A DNA stretch of 64,000 nt from Escherichia coli (lineage in GTDB: Bacteria > Pseudomonadota > Gammaproteobacteria > Enterobacterales > Enterobacteriaceae), in the NCBI RefSeq assembly GCF_003334815.1, contig NZ_QOWO01000006.1. One strand, written 5' to 3'. The notes under the pieces were generated by a model, which saw nothing but the letters and a program-made list of their open reading frames with translations, was not told where the DNA came from and searched no databases. Position numbers and translations under genes: made by a program. Numbering within the stretch: position 1 is the first letter of the stretch; every line of letters begins with the position of its first letter. Shown here one piece after another: positions 34,600-44,700 of the stretch.

Positions 34600-35115
34600 A
34601 TGGATTACTTCACCCTCTTTGGCTTGCCTGCCCGCTATCAACTCGATACCCAGGCGCTGAGCCTGCGTTTTCAGGATCTACAACGTCAGTATCATCCTGA
34701 TAAATTCGCCAGCGGAAGCCAGGCGGAACAACTCGCCGCCGTACAGCAATCTGCAACCATTAACCAGGCCTGGCAAACGCTGCGTCATCCGTTAATGCGC
34801 GCGGAATATTTGCTTTCTTTGCACGGCTTTGATCTCGCCAGCGAGCAGCATACTGTGCGCGACACCGCGTTCCTGATGGAACAGTTGGAGCTGCGCGAAG
34901 AGCTGGACGAGATCGAACAGGCGAAAGATGAAGCGCGGCTGGAAAGCTTTATCAAACGTGTGAAAAAGATGTTTGATACCCGCCATCAGTTGATGGTTGA
35001 ACAGTTAGACAACGAGACGTGGGACGCGGCGGCGGATACCGTGCGTAAGCTGCGTTTTCTCGATAAACTGCGAAGCAGTGCCGAACAACTCGAAGAAAAA
35101 CTGCTCGATTTTTAA
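34600..35115 (+). CDS. hscB: J-type co-chaperone HscB, 171 aa
   Basis: J-domain with HPD motif (QRQYHPDKF). Confidence 0.95.
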
Positions 35116-35131
35116 TTTCTGGAAGCTAAAC

Positions 35132-36982
35132 ATGGCCTTATTACAAATTAGTGAACCTGGTTTGAGTGCTGCGCCGCATCAGCGTCGTCTGGCGGCCGGT
35201 ATTGACCTGGGCACAACCAACTCGCTGGTGGCGACAGTGCGCAGCGGTCAGGCCGAAACGTTAGCCGATCATGAAGGCCGTCACCTGCTGCCATCTGTTG
35301 TTCACTATCAACAGCAAGGGCATTCGGTGGGTTATGACGCGCGTACTAATGCAGCGCTCGATACCGCCAACACAATTAGTTCTGTTAAACGCCTGATGGG
35401 ACGCTCGCTGGCTGATATCCAGCAACGCTATCCGCATCTGCCTTATCAATTCCAGGCCAGCGAAAACGGCCTGCCGATGATTGAAACGGCGGCGGGGCTG
35501 CTGAACCCGGTGCGCGTTTCTGCGGACATCCTCAAAGCACTGGCGGCGCGGGCAACTGAAGCCCTGGCAGGCGAGCTGGATGGTGTAGTTATCACCGTTC
35601 CGGCGTACTTTGACGATGCCCAGCGTCAGGGCACCAAAGACGCGGCGCGTCTGGCGGGCCTTCACGTCCTGCGCTTACTTAACGAACCGACCGCTGCGGC
35701 TATCGCCTACGGGCTGGATTCCGGTCAGGAAGGCGTGATCGCCGTTTATGACCTCGGTGGCGGGACGTTTGATATTTCCATTCTGCGCTTAAGTCGCGGC
35801 GTGTTTGAAGTGCTGGCAACCGGCGGTGATTCCGCGCTCGGCGGCGATGATTTCGACCATCTGCTGGCGGATTACATTCGCGAGCAGGCGGGCATTCCTG
35901 ATCGTAGCGATAACCGCGTTCAGCGTGAACTGCTGGATGCCGCCATTGCAGCCAAAATCGCGCTGAGCGATGCGGACTCCGTGACCGTTAACGTTGCGGG
36001 CTGGCAGGGCGAAATCAGCCGTGAACAATTCAATGAACTGATCGCGCCACTGGTAAAACGAACCTTACTGGCTTGTCGTCGCGCGCTGAAAGACGCGGGT
36101 GTAGAAGCTGATGAAGTGCTGGAAGTGGTGATGGTGGGCGGTTCTACTCGCGTGCCGCTGGTGCGTGAACGGGTAGGCGAATTTTTCGGTCGTCCACCGC
36201 TGACTTCCATCGACCCGGATAAAGTCGTCGCTATTGGCGCGGCGATTCAGGCGGATATTCTGGTGGGTAACAAGCCAGACAGCGAAATGCTGTTGCTTGA
36301 TGTGATCCCACTGTCGCTGGGCCTCGAAACGATGGGCGGCCTGGTGGAGAAAGTGATTCCGCGTAATACCACTATTCCGGTGGCCCGCGCTCAGGATTTC
36401 ACCACCTTTAAAGATGGTCAGACGGCGATGTCTATCCATGTAATGCAGGGTGAGCGCGAACTGGTGCAGGACTGCCGCTCACTGGCGCGTTTTGCGCTGC
36501 GTGGTATTCCGGCGCTACCGGCTGGCGGTGCGCATATTCGCGTGACGTTCCAGGTCGATGCCGACGGTCTTTTGAGCGTGACGGCGATGGAGAAATCCAC
36601 CGGCGTTGAGGCGTCTATTCAGGTCAAACCGTCTTACGGTCTGACCGATAGCGAAATCGCTTCGATGATCAAAGACTCAATGAGCTATGCCGAGCAGGAC
36701 GTAAAAGCCCGAATGCTGGCAGAACAAAAAGTAGAAGCGGCGCGTGTGCTGGAAAGTCTGCACGGCGCGCTGGCTGCTGATGCCGCGCTGTTAAGCGCCG
36801 CAGAACGTCAGGTCATTGACGATGCTGCCGCTCACCTGAGTGAAGTGGCGCAGGGCGATGATGTTGACGCCATCGAACAAGCGATTAAAAACGTAGACAA
36901 ACAAACCCAGGATTTCGCCGCTCGCCGCATGGACCAGTCGGTTCGTCGTGCGCTGAAAGGCCATTCCGTGGACGAGGTTTAA
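35132..36982 (+). CDS. hscA: Hsp70-type chaperone HscA, 616 aa
   Basis: Track ORF 35078..36982; start [10 protein letters not shown]; Hsp70 signatures GIDLGTTNS and DLGGGTFD. Confidence 0.96.
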
Positions 36983-36983
36983 T

Positions 36984-37319
36984 ATGCCAAAGATTGTTAT
37001 TTTGCCTCATCAGGATCTCTGCCCTGATGGCGCTGTTCTGGAAGCTAATAGCGGTGAAACCATTCTCGACGCAGCTCTGCGTAACGGTATCGAGATTGAA
37101 CACGCCTGTGAAAAATCCTGTGCTTGCACCACCTGCCACTGCATCGTTCGTGAAGGTTTTGACTCACTGCCGGAAAGCTCAGAGCAGGAAGACGACATGC
37201 TGGACAAAGCCTGGGGACTGGAGCCGGAAAGCCGTTTAAGCTGCCAGGCGCGCGTTACCGACGAAGATTTAGTAGTCGAAATCCCGCGTTACACTATCAA
37301 CCATGCGCGTGAGCATTAA
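36984..37319 (+). CDS. fdx: [2Fe-2S] ferredoxin of the isc operon, 111 aa
   Basis: Cys ligands in [12 protein letters not shown] ... C motif; immediately follows hscA. Confidence 0.96.
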
Positions 37320-37330
37320 CAGAGGTTAGT

Positions 37331-37531
37331 ATGGGACTTAAGTGGACCGATAGCCGCGAAATTGGCGAAGCACTGTACGATGCGTATCCCGATCTTGATC
37401 CGAAAACGGTTCGATTCACCGATATGCATCAGTGGATTTGCGATCTGGAAGATTTCGACGACGACCCGCAGGCATCCAACGAGAAAATCCTCGAAGCGAT
37501 TTTGTTAGTCTGGCTGGACGAGGCCGAATAA
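37331..37531 (+). CDS. iscX: Fe-S assembly protein IscX (YfhJ), 66 aa
   Basis: 66-aa acidic [20 protein letters not shown]... Confidence 0.93.
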
Positions 37532-37708
37532 TTTCCGCGTCATGCTTCACGCCGCAGATGCGTTGGCTGCGCTCGTTCACCCCAGTCACATAGTTATCTA
37601 TGCTCCTGGGGCTTCACTCACTTGCCGCCTTCCTGCAACGCGAATCATTTAGCGGAAAAATCCTGGGGCTGCCAACTGGCGGCCCTTTTACAAAGAAGGA
37701 TAACTAAA

Positions 37709-38992
37709 ATGACAGAAGCGATGAAGATTACCCTCTCTACCCAACCTGCCGACGCGCGCTGGGGAGAAAAAGCAACTTACAGCATTAATAATGACGGCAT
37801 TACCCTGCATTTGAACGGGGCAGACGATCTGGGGCTGATCCAGCGTGCGGCGCGCAAGATTGACGGTCTGGGCATCAAGCATGTTCAGTTAAGCGGTGAA
37901 GGCTGGGATGCGGATCGCTGCTGGGCATTCTGGCAAGGTTACAAAGCCCCGAAAGGCACGCGTAAAGTGGTGTGGCCGGATCTGGACGATGCCCAGCGCC
38001 AGGAACTGGATAACCGCCTAATGATCATCGACTGGGTGCGTGACACCATCAACGCACCGGCAGAAGAATTGGGACCATCGCAACTGGCACAGCGTGCTGT
38101 TGATCTGATCAGCAACGTCGCGGGCGATCGTGTGACTTATCGGATCACCAAAGGCGAAGATCTGCGTGAGCAAGGTTATATGGGGCTGCACACAGTCGGA
38201 CGCGGTTCAGAACGTTCTCCGGTATTGCTGGCGCTGGATTACAACCCAACTGGCGATAAAGAAGCGCCAGTGTACGCGTGCCTGGTAGGTAAAGGTATCA
38301 CTTTTGACTCCGGCGGCTACAGCATCAAACAGACTGCGTTTATGGACTCGATGAAGTCGGACATGGGCGGCGCGGCAACGGTTACCGGGGCGCTGGCATT
38401 TGCCATTACGCGCGGACTGAACAAGCGCGTGAAGCTGTTCCTCTGCTGTGCGGATAACCTGATTAGCGGCAATGCGTTCAAGCTGGGCGATATCATCACC
38501 TATCGCAACGGTAAAAAAGTTGAAGTGATGAACACTGATGCCGAAGGGCGTCTGGTGCTTGCCGATGGTCTGATTGATGCCAGTGCGCAGAAACCGGAAA
38601 TGATCATTGATGCGGCGACCCTCACCGGGGCGGCGAAAACTGCGCTGGGTAATGATTATCACGCGCTGTTCAGTTTTGACGATGCGCTGGCCGGTCGCTT
38701 GCTGGCGAGTGCCGCGCAGGAGAACGAACCGTTCTGGCGTCTGCCGCTGGCGGAGTTCCACCGCAGCCAGCTGCCGTCTAACTTTGCCGAACTGAACAAT
38801 ACCGGAAGCGCGGCGTATCCGGCAGGCGCGAGCACGGCGGCGGGCTTCCTGTCGCACTTTGTTGAGAACTATCAGCAAGGCTGGCTGCATATCGACTGCT
38901 CGGCGACTTACCGTAAAGCGCCGGTTGAACAGTGGTCTGCGGGCGCTACGGGACTTGGTGTGCGCACGATAGCTAATCTGTTAACGGCGTAA
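37709..38992 (+). CDS. pepB: peptidase B (M17 leucyl aminopeptidase family), 427 aa
   Basis: Track ORF 37622..38992; start [10 protein letters not shown]; M17 signature NTDAEGRL. Confidence 0.93.
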
Positions 38993-39000
38993 ACTAATAT

Positions 39001-39100
<100 letters not shown>

Positions 39101-39133
39101 TGCGCCCCGAACGTTGAATGAATTGTGGTTCTT

Positions 39134-39910
39134 ATGTCCGAAACAAAAAACGAACTTGAAGACCTGCTGGAAAAAGCAGCAACTGAACCGGCGCACCGCC
39201 CGGCCTTTTTCCGTACTCTACTGGAATCCACCGTCTGGGTGCCTGGTACGGCGGCGCAGGGCGAGGCTGTGGTTGAAGATAGCGCGCTTGATTTACAGCA
39301 CTGGGAAAAAGAAGACGGCACCAGCGTCATTCCTTTTTTCACCTCGTTAGAAGCACTTCAACAGGCGGTTGAAGACGAACAGGCATTTGTCGTAATGCCC
39401 GTTCGCACGCTGTTTGAGATGACACTTGGCGAAACGCTCTTCCTTAATGCCAAACTGCCAACCGGTAAAGAATTTATGCCGCGTGAAATCAGTTTGTTGA
39501 TTGGTGAAGAGGGAAATCCGCTGAGCAGCCAGGAAATCCTGGAAGGCGGTGAATCGCTGATATTATCGGAAGTCGCAGAGCCGCCAGCACAAATGATTGA
39601 TTCACTCACCACCTTATTTAAAACCATTAAGCCGGTGAAGCGTGCTTTTATTTGTTCAATTAAAGAGAACGAAGAGGCACAGCCTAATTTACTTATTGGC
39701 ATTGAAGCCGATGGTGATATCGAAGAAATTATTCAGGCGACGGGAAGTGTAGCGACCGATACATTACCTGGCGATGAACCAATCGATATTTGTCAGGTGA
39801 AAAAAGGGGAAAAAGGAATTAGCCACTTTATTACCGAACATATTGCGCCATTCTATGAACGTCGCTGGGGTGGTTTTTTGCGTGACTTTAAACAGAATCG
39901 GATAATCTAA
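39134..39910 (+). CDS. sseB: SseB (enhancer of serine sensitivity) protein, about 258 aa
   Basis: Track ORF 39125..39910; start MSETKNELEDLLEKAA (alternative start 39125). Confidence 0.88.
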   Translation: MSETKNELEDLLEKAATEPAHRPAFFRTLLESTVWVPGTAAQGEAVVEDSALDLQHWEKEDGTSVIPFFTSLEALQQAVEDEQAFVVMPVRTLFEMTLGETLFLNAKLPTGKEFMPREISLLIGEEGNPLSSQEILEGGESLILSEVAEPPAQMIDSLTTLFKTIKPVKRAFICSIKENEEAQPNLLIGIEADGDIEEIIQATGSVATDTLPGDEPIDICQVKKGEKGISHFITEHIAPFYERRWGGFLRDFKQNRII

Positions 39911-39911
39911 A

Positions 39912-40215
39912 ATATGCCGCCCAAAGGGCGGCATTCGGGCTTACTTGCTGCTCTGAAGGTTGTTAACCACCAGTAAATTGTCGCCGGAGAGACTCCGGTT
40001 ATTATTTACCTCGGTTAACAGCGCACCAGAAACAATAAGTACGATACAAAAGCACCGTATCTTCATTGTGCGGTCCATGCGAAGACCGCATCACGACAGC
40101 ACCACTGGCGATATTGCCGCGATAGCAAGCGCTGTGAAACACCTGCATTTACGGCCACGGAACATCCTTTCCTAAAGCCAGCGCCCGTTTGCGAGACGGC
40201 GGAAAGGGCCGCAGT
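39912..40215 (-). ncRNA. ryfA: candidate RyfA-like transcript (about 300 nt), possibly a small-protein mRNA
   Basis: Minus-strand TATTAT -10-like hexamer at 40218-40223; about 300 nt downstream the minus-strand terminator hairpin at 39913-39937; contains a 24-codon ORF (40091-40165) with AGGAAAGG RBS; boundaries and strand are inferred, not proven. Confidence 0.35.
39913..39937. terminator. hairpin at sseB 3' end; T-tract is on the minus-strand side (better terminator for a minus-strand transcript)
   Basis: TGCCGCCC-AAA-GGGCGGCA; flanked by AAAATA on the + side so the minus-strand reading gives hairpin + UAUUUU. Confidence 0.55.
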
Positions 40216-40388
40216 GGATAATACACTAACAGAACAATAATAACTCTCTTTTGCTTGACAAAAAGAGAGTTACTGGCGAGTATTGTCTCCGCTGAGACGC
40301 GCTTGCATTACTACGGTAATACAACCTGCTGGAAAGGCCGCGAACCGGACCAGCAACAAAAAACCGCCTGATTTTGGCGGTTTTTTGT
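40198..40388 (+). repeat. paralogous unit 1: leader + TTGACA-centred palindrome + conserved block + intrinsic terminator (candidate ~100-nt sRNA gene on + strand)
   Basis: About 80% identical to 40520-40711; TTGACA at 40255-40260 inside perfect 11-bp inverted repeat (40242-40271); terminator AAAAAACCGCC-TGATTTT-GGCGGTTTTTT at 40357-40390. Confidence 0.6.
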
Positions 40389-40519
40389 TTTTTAAAGGAA
40401 AGTGAATTTACATGTTTAAGTAATATCTTTTACCGGTTAGAATTTTTAATTTTGAGCAGGATTTGTTTATATTTGTCTGAATTCGGACTAATAAGCCAGG
40501 TTATTTTATTACCGAACAC

Positions 40520-40711
40520 GGCGGAAAGGGCCGGTGTCGATAATACGCTAAATAAACAATAATTACTCTCTTTTGCTTGACAAAAAGAGAGTTACTGGTG
40601 AGTATTGTTTTGCTGTGAAGCACCTGCGTTGCTCATGTAACACAAGTCAACCTGCTGGAAAGGCCGCGAACCAGACTAGCAATAAAAAACCGCCAAATTC
40701 GGCGGTTTTTT
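40520..40711 (+). repeat. paralogous unit 2: same architecture as unit 1; its terminator also serves convergent sseA
   Basis: TTGACA at 40577-40582 inside 10-bp inverted repeat (40565-40592); conserved CTGCTGGAAAGGCCGCGAACC block; terminator AAAAAACCGCC-AAATTC-GGCGGTTTTTT at 40683-40713, 15 bp from sseA stop. Confidence 0.6.
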
Positions 40712-40727
40712 ATTGCCTGTAAAATAC

Positions 40728-41573
40728 TTATTTCACTGGCTCAACCGGTAAATCTGCCCGCGCGCCCCATTCACTCCATGCGCCGTCGTACAGTTTCACG
40801 TTTGGCACATCCAGCGTCGCGAGTGCTAACAAAACCACGGCTGCCGTTACACCAGAGCCGCAGCTGACGATAATTGGTTTGTCGTAGCTGACGCCGCGAC
40901 CAAAAAATATCGCATCCAGTTCATCGGTCGTTTTTAGTTCGCCTTCGCGCACCAGTTCCGTCCACGGAACATTCAGTGCTCCGGGAATATGTCCGCGACG
41001 TAAACCTGGGCGAGGTTCATCAACTTCTGCGTTAAAACGTGCAGCCGGGCGGGCATCAATAATTTGCGCCGTATTTTCATGGCTTGCCAATAATACATCG
41101 GTTACTTTCACCACGGCTTCAGGATTAAACGCGGCGTTAAACTCTCCTTCCGGCAGCTCTACTGCACCTTCTTCTAACAGCAGATCATCGCGCTGCCAGC
41201 CTGCAAGTCCACCCCCCAGAATCGACACTTTCTCTACACCAAAGGTGCGCAGCATCCACCATGCTCGTGGGGCTGAGAAAAGATTACCTTCGTCATAGAC
41301 AATCAGGTGCTTATCCTGGTTAACGCCTAATTCACGCATCGCCACGGCGAACGTTTCCGGGCGCGGCAGCATGTGCGGAAGCGGGGAAGTGTGATCAGAA
41401 AGCGCTTCGATATCAAAAAACACTGCGCCGGGAATATGTCCATTCAGATACTCCTGAGCAACGTTACGATCCTCCTGTCCAGGCGACGCCATGCGGGCAT
41501 CGATAATCTGAATTTCCGGGTCATCAATATGTTCGGCGAGCCAGTCGGCTCCTACAAACCATGTCGTGGACAT
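40728..41573 (-). CDS. sseA: 3-mercaptopyruvate sulfurtransferase (tandem rhodanese domains), 281 aa
   Basis: Track ORF 40728..41732; start MSTTWFVGADWL; active-site Cys in CGSGVTA. Confidence 0.93.
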   Translation of the reverse strand: MSTTWFVGADWLAEHIDDPEIQIIDARMASPGQEDRNVAQEYLNGHIPGAVFFDIEALSDHTSPLPHMLPRPETFAVAMRELGVNQDKHLIVYDEGNLFSAPRAWWMLRTFGVEKVSILGGGLAGWQRDDLLLEEGAVELPEGEFNAAFNPEAVVKVTDVLLASHENTAQIIDARPAARFNAEVDEPRPGLRRGHIPGALNVPWTELVREGELKTTDELDAIFFGRGVSYDKPIIVSCGSGVTAAVVLLALATLDVPNVKLYDGAWSEWGARADLPVEPVK

Positions 41574-41779
41574 AGGCATCTCCATTTTTGCCGGGGTTAG
41601 GCTAAATTGTCGGATGTTTAGTGAAAAGCGACAAGCAAAAGAGGCTGATTTGGCTGTCTGAGCCACAATTCTCACTAAAATTCGGATTGTATGGGCGTGA
41701 TACTGAATTACATAACGTAAATTCTCACGCATAATAATTATTCGACGTTGCTAACGGGCCATTGTGGCAGGGATGAAAA

Positions 41780-44700
41780 ATGAAAAAGTTACGCGTAGCC
41801 GCCTGCATGCTAATGCTGGCGCTGGCAGGGTGCGACAACAACGATAACGCGCCAACAGCGGTGAAAAAAGATGCGCCTTCTGAAGTTACTAAAGCGGCCT
41901 CTTCAGAAAACGCGAGTTCAGCAAAACTCTCCGTGCCGGAGAGACAAAAACTGGCCCAACAGAGTGCCGGTAAGGTGCTGACATTGCTGGATCTCTCTGA
42001 AGTCCAACTTGATGGTGCAGCCACGCTGGTGCTGACGTTCTCCATCCCTCTCGACCCGGATCAGGATTTCTCACGCGTTATTCATGTCGTCGATAAAAAA
42101 AGCGGCAAAGTGGATGGTGCCTGGGAGCTGTCAGATAATCTTAAAGAGTTACGTTTACGCCACCTCGAACCGAAACGTGATTTGATCGTTACTATTGGCA
42201 AGGAGGTCAAAGCACTCAACAACGCAACCTTCAGTAAAGATTACGAAAAAACTATAACTACCCGCGACATCCAACCCAGCGTCGGTTTTGCCAGCCGTGG
42301 TTCGCTGCTGCCTGGCAAAGTCGTTGAAGGGCTGCCGGTAATGGCGCTCAACGTTAATAATGTCGATGTTAACTTCTTCCGCGTTAAGCCAGAATCTCTG
42401 CCAGCATTCATTAGCCAATGGGAATACCGCAATTCGCTGGCGAACTGGCAGTCAGACAAACTGCTGCAGATGGCGGATCTGGTCTACACCGGACGGTTTG
42501 ATCTCAATCCTGCGCGTAACACCCGTGAAAAATTATTGCTGCCGCTGGGCGATATCAAACCGCTTCAGCAGGCGGGCGTGTATCTGGCTGTGATGAATCA
42601 GGCTGGACGTTACGATTACAGTAATCCCGCGACGCTGTTTACGTTAAGTGATATCGGCGTTTCAGCTCACCGTTATCACAATCGTCTGGATATCTTTACC
42701 CAAAGTCTGGAAAACGGCGCGGCCCAGCAAGGAATTGAAGTCTCTTTATTAAATGAGAAAGGGCAGACTCTGACTCAGGCAACCAGTGACGCTCAGGGGC
42801 ATGTGCAGCTGGAAAATGATAAAAACGCGGCATTACTGTTGGCGCGTAAAGACGGTCAGACAACGCTACTCGATTTAAAACTTCCGGCGCTGGACTTAGC
42901 AGAATTTAACATTGCTGGCGCGCCAGGCTATAGCAAACAGTTTTTCATGTTTGGCCCACGCGATCTTTATCGCCCAGGTGAAACGGTAATCCTCAATGGT
43001 TTGCTGCGTGATGCAGACGGTAAAGCGTTGCCCAATCAACCCATCAAGTTAGACGTGATTAAACCCGATGGGCAGGTACTCAGGAGCGTCGTTAGTCAGC
43101 CGGAGAATGGCCTCTACCACTTTACCTGGCCACTCGATAGCAATGCGGCAACCGGTATGTGGCATATTCGCGCTAACACGGGCGATAATCAGTATCGGAT
43201 GTGGGATTTCCACGTCGAAGATTTTATGCCAGAGCGCATGGCGCTGAATCTGACCGGTGAGAAAACCCCGCTAACGCCGAAAGATGAAGTGAAATTCTCC
43301 GTGGTGGGGTACTACCTGTATGGTGCACCTGCTAATGGTAATACTTTGCAAGGGCAACTTTTCCTGCGCCCACTGCGTGAAGCTGTGTCAGCCTTACCTG
43401 GTTTTGAATTCGGCGATATAGCTGCCGAAAATCTTTCCCGCACGCTGGATGAAGTTCAGTTGACGCTGGATGATAAAGGGCGCGGCGAAGTTTCTACAGA
43501 AAGCCAGTGGAAGGAAACGCATTCCCCATTACAGGTTATTTTCCAGGGTAGTTTGCTGGAATCGGGCGGTCGCCCGGTGACGCGCCGCGCTGAGCAGGCT
43601 ATCTGGCCTGCCGATGCATTGCCGGGGATCCGTCCGCAGTTCGCCTCGAAATCGGTTTACGATTATCGTACTGACAGCACGGTGAAACAGCCCATTGTTG
43701 ATGAAGGCAGTAACGCCGCTTTTGACATCGTTTATAGCGATGCGCAAGGCGTGAAAAAAGCCGTGTCGGGCTTGCAGGTGCGCCTGATTCGCGAACGCCG
43801 CGATTACTACTGGAACTGGTCAGAAGATGAAGGCTGGCAGTCACAGTTTGATCAAAAAGATCTGATCGAAAATGAACAAACTCTGGATCTGAAAGCGGAC
43901 GAAACCGGCAAGGTCAGTTTTCCGGTAGAGTGGGGCGCTTATCGTCTGGAAGTCAAAGCGCCGAATGAAGCGGTCAGTAGTGTTCGTTTCTGGGCTGGCT
44001 ATAGCTGGCAGGACAACAGCGACGGTAGCGGCGCAGTGCGACCCGACCGTGTCACGCTGAAACTGGATAAAGCCAGTTATCGCCCTGGCGACACCATTAA
44101 GTTGCATATCGCCGCGCCAACGGCGGGTAAAGGTTATGCGATGGTCGAGTCCAGTGAAGGGCCGCTGTGGTGGCAAGAGATTGATGTTCGGGCTCAAGGG
44201 CTGGATCTGACGATTCCGGTCGATAAAACCTGGAATCGTCATGATCTGTATTTAAGTACGCTGGTGGTACGTCCTGGCGATAAATCTCGCTCCGCGACGC
44301 CAAAACGCGCGGTTGGTGTGTTGCATCTGCCGCTTGGCGATGAAAACCGTCGCCTCGATCTGGCGCTGGAAACACCAGCAAAAATGCGTCCCAATCAACC
44401 ATTAACCGTGAAAATTAAAGCCAGCACTAAAAATGGCGAGAAGCCTAAACAGGTGAATGTGCTGGTGTCTGCCGTTGATAGTGGTGTGCTGAATATTACT
44501 GACTACGTCACGCCAGATCCGTGGCAGGCGTTCTTTGGTCAGAAACGCTATGGCGCAGACATTTACGATATTTACGGTCAGGTTATTGAAGGTCAGGGGC
44601 GTCTGGCAGCTCTGCGTTTCGGTGGCGATGGTGATGAGCTGAAACGTGGTGGTAAACCGCCGGTCAATCACGTCAATATTGTCGTGCAGCAGGCGCTGCC

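Noticed and set aside
39960-40175. 71-aa plus-strand ORF downstream of sseB
   Set aside because: No RBS; lies antisense to the candidate RyfA-like transcript and downstream of the sseB terminator; Ser/Thr/Arg-rich with no membrane or domain character.
40374-40562. 62-aa plus-strand ORF in the sseB-sseA intergenic region
   Set aside because: Starts inside the unit-1 terminator T-tract, runs through the AT-rich linker into the unit-2 leader, has no RBS and an implausible composition; more likely untranslated RNA or promoter DNA.
39911-40727. Possibility that the long sseB-sseA spacer is a remnant of a mobile element or integrated island
   Set aside because: No integrase, transposase, IS-type inverted repeats, att-like direct repeats or compositional shift; the internal repeats are promoter/terminator modules, not IS ends.
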